In this document: positions 7,446-16,750 of the stretch, piece after piece | Layout: every line of letters starts with the position of its first letter | How positions within the stretch are numbered: position 1 is the stretch's first letter | Translations under genes and position numbers: made by a program | Notes under the pieces: generated by a model | Told to the model about the DNA's origin: nothing | What the model saw: the letters and a program-made list of their open reading frames with translations, nothing else | Database searches by the model: none | From: Campylobacter sp. RM12651 | GTDB taxonomy: Bacteria; Campylobacterota; Campylobacteria; Campylobacterales; Campylobacteraceae | DNA: 24,000 bases | Assembly: GCF_022369475.1 (NCBI RefSeq) | Contig: NZ_CP059600.1 | Coordinates: 1,711,355-1,735,354 of the forward strand | Direction of reading: 5' to 3'

Positions 7446-7476
7446 AACTTTCCTTAAATATTTTATATTTTGATAA

Positions 7477-7493
7477 AAGCAAAACTTATTCCA
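7477..7493 (-). promoter_or_regulatory. Sigma54 (RpoN) -24/-12 promoter of flgG2-flgG
   Basis: The minus strand reads TGGAATAAGTTTTGCTT. GG and GC have the canonical spacing of TGGCAC-N5-TTGC. The GC lies 33 nt upstream of the flgG2 ATG, and an AAGGAAAG SD lies between them. Confidence 0.8.
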
Positions 7494-7500
7494 AAATAAG

Positions 7501-7529
7501 ATAAACTTCTAAAAATTTTTAGAGTTTAT
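7501..7529 (-). terminator. Hairpin downstream of the MFS transporter gene
   Basis: The sequence ataaacttctaaaaatttttagagtttat forms a stem of about 13 bp with one bulged T. It lies between the transporter stop (7546) and the flgG2 sigma54 promoter. Confidence 0.4.
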
Positions 7530-7545
7530 CTTAAAATCAAATTCT

Positions 7546-8814
7546 TTATTTTTTATTTTTCATAATTTTGTCAAAAAATACAGAATTTAAAAAAGCCATT
7601 AAGCATATGAAAATAATGTAATATCCACTACCAATATCAAATTTTCCGTGTGATTGAACTACGATAATTGGAGTTAAAAATCCTGCTATCGCATAAGCTA
7701 AATTATAAGAAAATCCTATGCCTGTATATCTAATACTAGCCTTATAAAGCCTACACATAAATAATGATGTAAAATTAACAATACCACCAAAAAACGCAGA
7801 AGCAAAATAAAATATACAAGTTAAAGCAAAATCCTTTAAAACATATAAAGAATAAAAATACATAGTGCTAGTAAAAACTAATAAAATAGCAAAAATTTTG
7901 CAAACTAAACTAGCTTTAAATCTATCAGCCAATGCCCCACAAACAACAAGCCCAATCATCATAAATATACTCGCAATAATTTGTAAGCTAGTATTTAAAG
8001 CAGGATTAATATTTAAAATACCTTTCATAAAATTAGGCATCATTATTAAAAATACTAAAACACAAGCAGTAAGAACAATAGTTAAAAACATTGATAAAAT
8101 TATTTCTATTTTATAATCTTTTATGACTGATTTTATAGGAAAATCGCTTAATTGTTTTTCAGCTTGAAGTTGCTTAAAAATAGGAGTTTCTTGCAAAAAT
8201 CTTCTAAGATAAATGCTAATTAGACCAAAAATACCGCCGATTAAGAAAGGAATTCTATACGCATAATCTTTTATTTCATCTTCTGTGAAATTTAGTTGAA
8301 GCAATAACGCACTTAAAGCTCCTAAAGTAATACCACCACAAACCCCACTAGTTAAAACTCCTAAAAATAATGCCTTTTTATTATCAGGACTATGCTCATA
8401 TATAAAAGCCCAAGCACCAGGTAACTCTCCACCAATTGCAACGCCTTGAACTAATCTAATAGCTAATAAAATAGCAATAGCAAAATAGCCAATTTGCTCA
8501 TAAGTAAGCATAATCGCAAAAATAAATGTAGGAATTACCATTAAAATAATGCTTAATAAAAACATATTTTTCCTACCAAACTTATCTCCAAAATGTGCCA
8601 TTATAACTCCACCTAATGGACGAGCTAAATACCCTGCAGCAAAAGCTCCATATGTATTTAATAATTTTATACTCTCATCAAGCTCTTTTGGAAAAAAATG
8701 ATGTGTAAAATACGGAGTAAATAATGCAAATATAATAAAATCATAAAATTCTAATGTCCCACCTAATGCACTTAATGCTAAGGTTTTTGTATCTTTTTTT
8801 GTAATAGTTTTCAT
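7546..8814 (-). CDS. MFS transporter, metabolite:H+ symporter (MHS, ProP/KgtP-like) family
   Basis: 422 aa with about 12 hydrophobic helices. MHS-type signatures are GGTLEFYDFIIFALFTPYF, GDKFGRKNMFLLSI, GGELPGAWAFIYEH and YRIPFLIGG. The substrate cannot be called. Confidence 0.85.
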   Translation of the reverse strand: MKTITKKDTKTLALSALGGTLEFYDFIIFALFTPYFTHHFFPKELDESIKLLNTYGAFAAGYLARPLGGVIMAHFGDKFGRKNMFLLSIILMVIPTFIFAIMLTYEQIGYFAIAILLAIRLVQGVAIGGELPGAWAFIYEHSPDNKKALFLGVLTSGVCGGITLGALSALLLQLNFTEDEIKDYAYRIPFLIGGIFGLISIYLRRFLQETPIFKQLQAEKQLSDFPIKSVIKDYKIEIILSMFLTIVLTACVLVFLIMMPNFMKGILNINPALNTSLQIIASIFMMIGLVVCGALADRFKASLVCKIFAILLVFTSTMYFYSLYVLKDFALTCIFYFASAFFGGIVNFTSLFMCRLYKASIRYTGIGFSYNLAYAIAGFLTPIIVVQSHGKFDIGSGYYIIFICLMAFLNSVFFDKIMKNKK

Positions 8815-8894
8815 TAAATTCCTTTAAATTTCTTTGTTTTTTTATTTCTAATTTTGATTTTGTTAATGATTATTAATTTGAGTAAGAGTATATA

Positions 8895-8913
8895 GGTAAG
8901 GCTTTGCCTTACC
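8895..8913 (-). terminator. GC-containing hairpin at the end of the infB-rbfA-rimP operon
   Basis: The arms are ggtaaggc (8895..8902) and gccttacc (8906..8913), with loop ttt. The stem includes the rimP stop codon (8909..8911). Confidence 0.5.
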
Positions 8914-9325
8914 AATAGATATAAGTTTTTGTAGATTTAATATCTGCGTAGTTTAAAATTGTGCCATCTTCTAAAGTGATTTTTTCATCATCAGCACTAA
9001 GTAATTTTGAGATAATTTCTTCTTTTTCTTTAGTTTTGATTTTTAATATCTCACCTATACTAAGTTTAAAATGCTCTATTTTAGTAAGCTTTCTTTCAAG
9101 TCCAGGAGAGCTTACTTCTAAAAAGTATTTTTCATCTGTAGGTGGATTTAAATCAAGTATAGGAGAAATCAATCTACTAAATTGCTCGCAATCATCAAGG
9201 CTAACTGATTTATTTTCTCCATCTTTTAAGATGAAAATTCTATAAATAAAGTTATTGCCTTCTTTTGCTAATTCAGTATCATAAATCACTAAATTAAGCT
9301 GTTTAGCTAAATTCTCTAGCTCCAT
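8909..9325 (-). CDS. rimP: Ribosome maturation factor RimP
   Basis: 138 aa. It carries the motif YFLEVSSPGLERKL typical of RimP. It abuts the rbfA stop with no gap. Confidence 0.85.
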   Translation of the reverse strand: MELENLAKQLNLVIYDTELAKEGNNFIYRIFILKDGENKSVSLDDCEQFSRLISPILDLNPPTDEKYFLEVSSPGLERKLTKIEHFKLSIGEILKIKTKEKEEIISKLLSADDEKITLEDGTILNYADIKSTKTYIYW

Positions 9326-9685
9326 TTATTTCTTTTCCTTATTAATTTGCTTAAATAATTCTTCTATTCTATTAATTTTATCTAAACTATCGTCAAACCT
9401 AAAATGAAAATTTGGACATCTATACATACCAAGTGCTCCTAAGCAATGAGCTTGCAATACTTTACTAACTCTTTTTAGCTTAGAAAGCACTAAATTTTGT
9501 TCATCTTTTGTAAGCGACATTTTATCTAAATATATAAAAGCATCATAACGACCCTTTTTGCAATCTACATCATTTACTAATAGACCACTTAATAAAGGAT
9601 CATCTAAGTTTGCTAAAGCTTCTCCTACTAATTCCTTTAGCAAACTTTGTGTTCTTAGGCGTTTTATTTGTGCTTTATCATTCAT
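9326..9685 (-). CDS. rbfA: Ribosome-binding factor A
   Basis: 119 aa. The N-terminus KRLRTQSLLKELVGEALANL matches the RbfA pattern. Its ATG overlaps the infB stop (TAATG), the usual position immediately after infB. Confidence 0.85.
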   Translation of the reverse strand: MNDKAQIKRLRTQSLLKELVGEALANLDDPLLSGLLVNDVDCKKGRYDAFIYLDKMSLTKDEQNLVLSKLKRVSKVLQAHCLGALGMYRCPNFHFRFDDSLDKINRIEELFKQINKEKK

Positions 9686-12360
9686 TATAAACTAGCCTTA
9701 CTTTGAACTTCTTTATAACTTTCTATAAAATCGCCTTCTCTCATATCATTAAATCCAACGATACCAACACCACATTCATAACCTTTGCTAACTTCTCTAG
9801 CGTCGTCTTTAAAGCGTTTAAGTGAGCTAATCTCTCCTTCAAACACTACAACACCTTCACGAATAACACGGATTTTAGCCCCTCTTACTATGCTTCCATC
9901 AGTTACCATACATCCTGCTATTTGTCCTACTTTTGGCACATTGATTACTTGTCTAATTTCAGCTTGTCCGAGTTGCTCTTCGCTAATAATAGGACTCATT
10001 AAACCACCTAAAATAGCCTTAATTTCATCAATTAGATTGTAAATTACATTATATGTTTTAATCTCAACCTTAGCTTCTTTTGCTTTTTCCTTAATATCCC
10101 CTGTTGGACGAACATTAAAGCCAACTATAACACCACCGCTAGCTTGTGCTAAAGCAATATCTCCTTGAGATATTCCACCAACACCACCTAAAACAATATC
10201 AACTTTTACCTCATCATTTGAAAGCTTTTCAAGACTTCCTCTAATAGCTTCTAATGTTCCACCTACATCGGCTTTTAAAATAACAGGTAATGATTTTAAA
10301 TTCCCTTCTTTAATTTTTGCACTTAATTCATCAAGGCTTACTTTTGTTGATTTGCTTAATTCTTTTTGTCTTAAATATTCGTGGCGTTTTTGTGCGTAAT
10401 CTCTTGCTTCTTTATCAGTCGCAACACTAATTAATGTCTCACCTGCATCAGGAATTTCATTAAGACCCATAATTACACCACACTCGCCTGGTAAAATCTC
10501 TTTTAGTGCGTTACCTTTGCTATCTGTAATGCTTTTTACCCTACCATAAGCAATACCTGCTACAACGGTATCTCCTACTCTTAGCGTTCCATTTTCCATA
10601 ATCACAGTAGTTACTACACCACGACCTTTTTGTAAAGAACTTTCAACTATATTTGCTTTTGCAGCTGTATTCTTATTTGCTTTAAGCTCTAAAATTTCAG
10701 CTTGCAATAAGATAATTTCAAGTAAATCTTCAATTCCAGTTCCCTTTAAAGCACTAATATGAACGAATTCATGACTTCCACCCCACTCAGTTGGCATAAT
10801 ATCAAGCTCTGCTAATTGAGTTTTAACTCTATCAGGATTTGCTGCTTCTTTATCTATTTTATTAACAGCAATAATGATTGGAACACCCGCTGCTTTTGCA
10901 TGCGAAATTGCTTCTTTTGTTTGTGGTTTTACACCATCATCAGCTGCAACAACAATAATTACTATATCAGTAACACTAGCACCCCTAGCTCTCATCGCTG
11001 AAAATGCTTCGTGACCTGGAGTATCAATAAAGGTTATATTTTTACCATTTTTATTAACCATATAAGCACCAACATGCTGAGTAATTCCACCTGCTTCGCC
11101 ACTTGCTACACGACTATTTCTAATATAATCAAGCAAACTTGTCTTACCATGATCAACATGCCCCATAATTGTTACAACAGGAACTTTAATATCTTTTAAT
11201 TCTTCTTGATTTTCTTCATAATCAGCAACATAATCAAATTGTGCAGTCTCATCAAAAAAGCTTATTTCAATTCCAAACTCAAGTCCTAAAATCTCAATAG
11301 TTTCTTCATCTAAGAAATCATTTTTAGTAGTCATCATTCCTTGCATAAATAGTTTTGAGATTAATTCGCTATCTTTTTTACCTAACTTCTCTGCTAATTC
11401 ATAAAGTCTTATTTCTTTAGGAATTTTAATACTTGTAATTTCTTCGCTACTTTGTTCTTTTTTATATGCTTTTGATTTTTTACGGCGAGACCTTGCTATT
11501 GAAGTATTTGTAAATTGATTGATTTGGTTATTAAATGCACTTCTTAATGAAGTTTGTGCCTTTGCAGGCTTTTCAATATCTTCTTTTCTTTCATTAAATG
11601 AAAAATCAGGCATAACCACAACATCATCTTCATCATCATTAATCTCTGCAAAATTAGTATCAAAATCCATCTTAGATGAACTTTCTTTTCTTGCTGCTGG
11701 AACTATTTTTTTAGCTTTTTTCTTTTTTAAGCTTTCATCTGTGCTAAATATTGAAGCAAACGATACGGGCTCTTTTGATTGAGCTTTAGGCTTAACCTCT
11801 TCTTTAACTTCTTCTTTTGCTGCATTTTTCTTCTTAATAATTACTAAGCCACGGCGTTTTTCAAGCCCACTTCTTGCAAGACTTACAGGTTCTTCTTGCA
11901 CTAATTCTTCTTTTGCTATTTCTTTGCTTTTCATTTCTTCTTTAACTTCTACCTTAGTGATTTTTTCTTCTACTATTTTTTCTTCTTTAGTTTCTTGTTT
12001 ATCTTCTTTGGTTTCTTCTTTAAGAATTTCTTTTTGTTTGCTTTCAGTTTTTTTTGTTTTTTCAATCTTTTCAGTCTTTGTACTTTTTTCAGCTTTTTCA
12101 GTTTTACTTTTTGTAGTTTTAGAAGTAGTTGATTTTGTACTAGATTTTTTGGCACTTTTACTTGATTTTGCAACTTCATCTTTTAAAATTTGTTGAATTG
12201 TTCCATTTTTTAAATACTCATATATTGCTGCTGCTACATCTTCACTTACAGCTTTTTGAGGTGATTTATAATCAAATCCTAATTCATTAATTTTTTCTAA
12301 AGTTTCTTTATTTTGATAACCTAATTCCGCTGCTATTTCACTAATTTTTATATTCGCCAT
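9685..12360 (-). CDS. infB: Translation initiation factor IF-2
   Basis: 891 aa. G-domain motifs are [20 protein letters not shown] and NKIDK. It has the conserved N-terminal IF2_N segment (ISEIAAELG) followed by a K/E/T-rich low-complexity linker. Confidence 0.97.
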   Translation of the reverse strand: MANIKISEIAAELGYQNKETLEKINELGFDYKSPQKAVSEDVAAAIYEYLKNGTIQQILKDEVAKSSKSAKKSSTKSTTSKTTKSKTEKAEKSTKTEKIEKTKKTESKQKEILKEETKEDKQETKEEKIVEEKITKVEVKEEMKSKEIAKEELVQEEPVSLARSGLEKRRGLVIIKKKNAAKEEVKEEVKPKAQSKEPVSFASIFSTDESLKKKKAKKIVPAARKESSSKMDFDTNFAEINDDEDDVVVMPDFSFNERKEDIEKPAKAQTSLRSAFNNQINQFTNTSIARSRRKKSKAYKKEQSSEEITSIKIPKEIRLYELAEKLGKKDSELISKLFMQGMMTTKNDFLDEETIEILGLEFGIEISFFDETAQFDYVADYEENQEELKDIKVPVVTIMGHVDHGKTSLLDYIRNSRVASGEAGGITQHVGAYMVNKNGKNITFIDTPGHEAFSAMRARGASVTDIVIIVVAADDGVKPQTKEAISHAKAAGVPIIIAVNKIDKEAANPDRVKTQLAELDIMPTEWGGSHEFVHISALKGTGIEDLLEIILLQAEILELKANKNTAAKANIVESSLQKGRGVVTTVIMENGTLRVGDTVVAGIAYGRVKSITDSKGNALKEILPGECGVIMGLNEIPDAGETLISVATDKEARDYAQKRHEYLRQKELSKSTKVSLDELSAKIKEGNLKSLPVILKADVGGTLEAIRGSLEKLSNDEVKVDIVLGGVGGISQGDIALAQASGGVIVGFNVRPTGDIKEKAKEAKVEIKTYNVIYNLIDEIKAILGGLMSPIISEEQLGQAEIRQVINVPKVGQIAGCMVTDGSIVRGAKIRVIREGVVVFEGEISSLKRFKDDAREVSKGYECGVGIVGFNDMREGDFIESYKEVQSKASL

Positions 12361-12607
12361 TTAAAAACCTTTCTTTTAATTTACTAGCAAGTTCTTTTTT
12401 ATCTATATTAATTTTTATAACTTTTTGCAAAGACTTTAAAAAATCACTATCATCTTTTTTAAGGCATTCATCACATAAATACATACTTCTACCGCTATTA
12501 AATTGAAATAAAACTTCATTTAAAGACACTTGAAAACGCTTTAAATCAGTTTGATTTTTTCTAATCTTGCAAATAATACACATTCTAATAGGTTTTGCTT
12601 TTTTCAT
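12341..12607 (-). CDS. ylxR: YlxR/DUF448-family RNA-binding protein
   Basis: 88 aa. It has [20 protein letters not shown] followed by YLCDEC, the YlxR-type pattern. It overlaps the infB start by 20 nt, the usual position directly upstream of infB. Confidence 0.8.
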   Translation of the reverse strand: MKKAKPIRMCIICKIRKNQTDLKRFQVSLNEVLFQFNSGRSMYLCDECLKKDDSDFLKSLQKVIKINIDKKELASKLKERFLNGEYKN

Positions 12608-12674
12608 AATCTTTTAATTTTAATTGTTTTTGCTTAACAGAAGTCTTAAAAGCTTTATTTTCAAACATTTTAAT

Positions 12675-12712
12675 TTTCTATTCTAAATTCTTTAAAAGAT
12701 TTAGAATAGAAA
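12675..12712 (-). terminator. Hairpin immediately downstream of typA
   Basis: The arms are tttctattctaaat (12675..12688) and atttagaatagaaa (12699..12712), a 14-bp perfect inverted repeat with a 10-nt loop. It starts 10 nt after the typA stop. There is no obvious U-tract. Confidence 0.45.
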
Positions 12713-12721
12713 GAATAAAAA

Positions 12722-14527
12722 TTAAGATTTAGATTTTTCCATACGGCGTCTTAGAGTTGGGTCTAAATAACGCTTTCTAATACGAATATTAATTGGAGTT
12801 ACTTCTACTAATTCATCTTCTTCAATCCACTCCATAGCACGCTCTAAAGTAGGTTTTCTAGGTGGAACTAATTTAATAGCATCATCACTACCACTAGCAC
12901 GAACATTGGTTAGGTTTTTACCTTTTATAGGATTTACATCAAGGTCATTCGGACGGCTATGCTCGCCTATAATCATACCAACATAAGTTTTTGCTTGAGG
13001 GTCTATAAATAAAACACCTCTATCTTGAAGATTCCATAATGAATAAGCTAATGCAACACCATTTTCCATACTCACTAATGCTCCATTTTGGCGTTTTTCA
13101 ACACTACCAACAAAAGGTCTAAATTCCATAAAACTATGATTCATTATACCTTCACCTTTTGTATCTGTTAAAAACTGACTTCTAAATCCAATTAGCCCAC
13201 GAGCAGGAATTTCAAACTCAAGTCTAGTTTGTCCATCTCCTGTTGGAACCATACTTTTCATCTCAGCTCTTCTTCTTCCAAGCTTTTCAATAACCGTTCC
13301 ACTAAACTCATCAGGAACATCAATAACTAGATTTTCAAAAGGCTCTGTTTTAACTCCATTTTCAATCTTTACGATAACTTCAGGGCGTCCAAGACAAAAC
13401 TCAAAACCTTCTCTTCTCATATTTTCAGCTAAAATCGTAATTTGTAATTCACCACGGCCACTTACTTTAAACTTACCTTCGCCAATATTTTCATATTTCA
13501 TAGCGATATTTGTCTTCATTTCGCTTTCTAATCTTTCAGCGATTTTATTACTTGTAACATGCTTTCCTTCAGTTCCTGCTAAAGGTCCATCATTTACGCT
13601 AAATACAACGCTTAAAGTAGGTTCTTCTATATGCAGTGGGTCAAGTGGCATAGGATTGCTAGGATCAACTACGCTATCTCCAACATCTAAAGCATCAAAA
13701 CCTGCAATTGCTACGATATCTCCTGTGCTAGCACTATCAATATCCATTTTTTCTAAACCTAAAAATCCAATTAGTTTTGAAATTCTTCCTGTGTGTTTTG
13801 TCCCATCAGCCTTAGCTAACATTACATTTTGATTTTTTGAAATTGTTCCATTGAAAATTCTAGCAATTCCAATTTTACCAACGAAGTTATCATAACCTAA
13901 TGTAAATACTTGTAATTGTAAAGGATTTTCATTACTACCACTTGGTGCTGGAACATGCTCAATTATCTTGTCAAATAAAGGTTGCATATCCTTACTATCA
14001 TCATCTAATTCATTTTTTGCAATACCTTCTTTTCCAATTGCATAAATTACAGGGAAATCTAATTGCTCATCAGTTGCATCAAGTGCAGCAAAAAGGTCAA
14101 ATACTTCATTAATTACTCTATCAGGTTCAGCTGCAGCTTTGTCTATTTTATTTACCACAACTATTGGTCTAAGACCTAATGCTAATGCTTTTTTAACAAC
14201 GAATTTAGTTTGTGGCATAACACCTTCTTGAGCATCAACGATTAATAAAACCCCATCAATCATCTTTAAAACACGCTCAACTTCTCCACCAAAATCTGCG
14301 TGGCCTGGAGTATCAATTATGTTAATTTTTGTGCCTTTATAATTAATTGCTGTGTTTTTTGAAAGAATTGTAATTCCACGCTCTTTTTCAATATCATTAC
14401 TATCCATAACGCGTTCATCAACTTGGTCTCTTTCGCTAAATGTTCCTGATTGTTTTAATAACTGATCAACCATTGTAGTCTTACCATGATCAACGTGTGC
14501 GATTACTGCTATATTTCTAATACTCAA
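12722..14527 (-). CDS. typA: Translational GTPase TypA/BipA
   Basis: 601 aa. Motifs are [26 protein letters not shown] and NKIDK, with EF-G-like domains and a TypA-type C-terminus. The TTG start at 14527 is preceded by AAGGAG with 6-nt spacing. Confidence 0.96.
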   Translation of the reverse strand: MSIRNIAVIAHVDHGKTTMVDQLLKQSGTFSERDQVDERVMDSNDIEKERGITILSKNTAINYKGTKINIIDTPGHADFGGEVERVLKMIDGVLLIVDAQEGVMPQTKFVVKKALALGLRPIVVVNKIDKAAAEPDRVINEVFDLFAALDATDEQLDFPVIYAIGKEGIAKNELDDDSKDMQPLFDKIIEHVPAPSGSNENPLQLQVFTLGYDNFVGKIGIARIFNGTISKNQNVMLAKADGTKHTGRISKLIGFLGLEKMDIDSASTGDIVAIAGFDALDVGDSVVDPSNPMPLDPLHIEEPTLSVVFSVNDGPLAGTEGKHVTSNKIAERLESEMKTNIAMKYENIGEGKFKVSGRGELQITILAENMRREGFEFCLGRPEVIVKIENGVKTEPFENLVIDVPDEFSGTVIEKLGRRRAEMKSMVPTGDGQTRLEFEIPARGLIGFRSQFLTDTKGEGIMNHSFMEFRPFVGSVEKRQNGALVSMENGVALAYSLWNLQDRGVLFIDPQAKTYVGMIIGEHSRPNDLDVNPIKGKNLTNVRASGSDDAIKLVPPRKPTLERAMEWIEEDELVEVTPINIRIRKRYLDPTLRRRMEKSKS

Positions 14528-14600
14528 TGTTTTCTCCTTGATTTTAAAGTAAAAGTTTAATTAATTTAGGTTAATTTTTAAATATGAAATCACAAAAACT

Positions 14601-14616
14601 TGGAACGAATTTTGCT
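14601..14616 (+). promoter_or_regulatory. Sigma54 (RpoN) -24/-12 promoter of fliK
   Basis: The sequence is TGGAACGAATTTTGCT. GG is at 14602..14603 and GC at 14614..14615, which is canonical spacing. The GC lies 32 nt upstream of the fliK ATG, almost the same distance as at flgG2. An AAGGA SD lies between them. Confidence 0.82.
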
Positions 14617-14647
14617 AAATCTCATTAAGTTTTAAACAAGGATTATT

Positions 14648-16285
14648 ATGAAAGATTTATTAATTTTACAAGATGTAAAAAATCTAAATTCTAAAAAAGG
14701 TAAAGGCTCTAAAAAGTCTGGCGGAGAAGGTTTTGCTGATTTATTATTTAATCAAACCGATGTAAAAGATACTAAAAATTTATTGGTAATGCAAAATGTA
14801 TTTAAAGCAAAAAATGAAATAAAAAATAAAGATATAAAACAATTTAGTAATATAAATCTAGCTTCAACTTTATTAAATGAAAAAACAAGCAAACAAGAGC
14901 CAAATTTATTAGCAAGTCTTTTACAAAATCCAAAAACTCTACAAGATAAAGTATCAAAAATAGTGCAAAATGCAAAAGAAATGAATGAATTTTTACCTAA
15001 AAGATTGCAAATAAGTGATGCTGAAATTATGCAAGATATTAAGACTTCTATGGAAGATGTTGAATATGGAAAAGAACTTTTAGATGATTTGAATTTCGTT
15101 CAGATTTTAGATTTTTTAGACATATTAAAGCAAGATAAAAAAAATGTAAAATTAAATGATTTTTTTAACTTAAAAAATATTGTTAATAATAAAGCTAGTT
15201 TAGAAAGTTTTGCAAATACAAATAGCGTTCATTCATTAGTAGAACTTGCAAAAGAGCATAAATTAGGGCTTAGCAATATAACTTATGAAAAAATTAAAAA
15301 TAATGAATATAACGAGCAAATTTTTGCTAAACCATATCCTAAATTATATGAGCAAAATTTCTTCTCACACGCATTAAACAAAAATACAAAAATTGAAGAG
15401 AATTTAAAAAATACTGAAATTAAAAAACCAAATTTAGAAAGTTTATTATCAGTAAAAAGTGAAAAAATTGTATCTAATAATACAAACGAACCTATTATAA
15501 ACGCTGAAAAAACTCTAAAAACTGGGGCTTTAAATGAGTTATTAAGCAAAATTGCAAATGATGATAAAAAACAAACTAAAGATATAAAAGAAGAAGCATT
15601 TAAAATCGTTTCAAAAGATATAGAAACACAAAGTCCAAAAATTACTCCGAACACAATTAAAAATGATATAAAAGATATACAAATTCAAGCAAATAAAACT
15701 CAAATTCAAACCCAAGAAACAAAAGAAAATGAAAATAAAATTCTACCTGAATTAAATATAGTAGAAGAAAATTTACAAGATAATTTAGATGAAAACTCAA
15801 GCCAAACTCAAGATAATAAAGAAAAGCTAAATCTACCACAAAATCTTAAAGTTGATTTTTTAAATCCTAATAAAGAACTTAGTAAAGAACAAACTAAATT
15901 AGTAATTGATAATTTTACAAGAGATTTTAAGGAAGAAATAGAAAAATTCAAAGCTCCAAGCCATAAAGTTAGCATTAATTTAAATCCTAAAGAATTAGGA
16001 GAAGTTAATGTTACTATGATTGCAAGGGGTAATAACTTACATATAAATCTTAATTCAAACAATGCAAATACTCTAAATCTTTTCATAGCAAATCAGCAAG
16101 AATTTAAAAATAGCCTTGTAAATATGGGCTTTACGGGTCTTGCTATGAATTTTGGAGATAAAAAAGAAGGTTCAAATCATCAAGAGCAGCAAAAAGCTCG
16201 TAAAAAATATGAAGAAATTGAAGAATTAGAAAGCACAAGTGATATGCCAAGTGGAATTAATGCTGTGCTTTATAGATATTTTTAA
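14648..16285 (+). CDS. fliK: Flagellar hook-length control protein FliK
   Basis: 545 aa, N/K/E/Q-rich and low-complexity. The C-terminal region has a Flg_hook-type pattern: VSINLNPKELGEVNVTMIARGNNLHINLNSNNANTLNLFIANQQEFKNSLVNMGF. It is sigma54-driven and divergent from typA, as I recall for Campylobacter jejuni. Confidence 0.8.
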   Translation: MKDLLILQDVKNLNSKKGKGSKKSGGEGFADLLFNQTDVKDTKNLLVMQNVFKAKNEIKNKDIKQFSNINLASTLLNEKTSKQEPNLLASLLQNPKTLQDKVSKIVQNAKEMNEFLPKRLQISDAEIMQDIKTSMEDVEYGKELLDDLNFVQILDFLDILKQDKKNVKLNDFFNLKNIVNNKASLESFANTNSVHSLVELAKEHKLGLSNITYEKIKNNEYNEQIFAKPYPKLYEQNFFSHALNKNTKIEENLKNTEIKKPNLESLLSVKSEKIVSNNTNEPIINAEKTLKTGALNELLSKIANDDKKQTKDIKEEAFKIVSKDIETQSPKITPNTIKNDIKDIQIQANKTQIQTQETKENENKILPELNIVEENLQDNLDENSSQTQDNKEKLNLPQNLKVDFLNPNKELSKEQTKLVIDNFTRDFKEEIEKFKAPSHKVSINLNPKELGEVNVTMIARGNNLHINLNSNNANTLNLFIANQQEFKNSLVNMGFTGLAMNFGDKKEGSNHQEQQKARKKYEEIEELESTSDMPSGINAVLYRYF

Positions 16286-16296
16286 AGGGGTAAAAA

Positions 16297-16380
16297 ATGT
16301 TGGTTTCAATTTTATTAATAAGTTCAATGATAATTTTAGCAGTAAGCTTTGCTGCTAAAATATATTTTAAAGATAGTTAA
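16297..16380 (+). CDS. Possible 27-aa single-TM peptide
   Basis: Absent from the track. The ATG at 16297 lies 11 nt after the fliK stop and is preceded by AAAGGGG. The translation MLVSILLISSMIILAVSFAAKIYFKDS has a hydrophobic core and a charged tail. It is followed 3 nt later by an 11-bp hairpin. It is too short for any statistical support. Confidence 0.25.
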   Translation: MLVSILLISSMIILAVSFAAKIYFKDS

Positions 16381-16383
16381 AAT

Positions 16384-16414
16384 AATTAAAGCCTTTATTA
16401 TTTAGGCTTTAATT
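16384..16414. terminator. Hairpin between convergent fliK/small ORF and the murC operon (candidate bidirectional terminator)
   Basis: The arms are aattaaagcct (16384..16394) and aggctttaatt (16404..16414), an 11-bp perfect stem with a 9-nt loop. Confidence 0.55.
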
Positions 16415-16426
16415 AAATTCTTAAAA

Positions 16427-16750
16427 TTATTTGCAAATAAACATATCTATTTTTTGATTGTTAGTATTATCTATAAATACTGAAGTTCCGTTGTTAAATC
16501 CGTGAGTTTTGATATTGATTTTGATACCTTGACAATCTAAATCCTTGCCTGAATTATAAATATTTAAAATCTCTTGCTTTAAAGCTCCACTTGAATTATC
16601 TAGGCTAGTATATATAAAACCAACTATAAAAGTAACAACTATTAATGAAATAACAGCCACATAAAGCTTAGAATTAAAATGATTTTTATAATAAATACAA
16701 ACACCAATTAATGCAAAAAACAATATTAAAAATATTGCAAATCTAATCAT
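16427..16750 (-). CDS. Small integral membrane protein (hypothetical)
   Basis: 107 aa. It has two hydrophobic helices (FAIFLILFFALIGVCIYY and YVAVISLIVVTFIVGFIY) followed by a soluble tail of about 55 aa. Its ATG overlaps the murC stop (ATGA), implying co-translation. Confidence 0.7.
   Translation of the reverse strand: MIRFAIFLILFFALIGVCIYYKNHFNSKLYVAVISLIVVTFIVGFIYTSLDNSSGALKQEILNIYNSGKDLDCQGIKINIKTHGFNNGTSVFIDNTNNQKIDMFICK

Noticed and set aside
9785-12196. Several plus-strand track ORFs (9785..10042, 10816..11001, 11011..11199, 11519..11782, 11924..12196) and the lysine-rich minus-strand ORF 11973..12179
   Set aside because: All are embedded in infB, either antisense or in an alternative frame of the K/E-rich linker. 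Their S/F/L-rich or poly-K translations are the expected mirror of an AT-rich, purine-skewed coding strand. None has start signals.
11700-12200. Repetitive-looking K/E/T-rich stretch that could be mistaken for a tandem DNA repeat or a separate gene
   Set aside because: It is the in-frame low-complexity N-terminal linker of IF-2, which is known to vary in length and composition. I could not define an exact repeat unit.
12585-12668. 27-codon minus-strand ORF ([27 protein letters not shown]) overlapping the ylxR start
   Set aside because: It has only a weak purine run upstream and no recognisable features. It sits out of frame, overlapping a gene start that has better support.
15283-16086. Three minus-strand ORFs (15283..15654, 15657..15839, 15808..16086) inside fliK
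   Set aside because: They are antisense shadows of the low-complexity A-rich fliK coding strand, giving F/L/S-rich products. They have no SD, and fliK itself has a promoter, an SD and a recognisable C-terminal domain.
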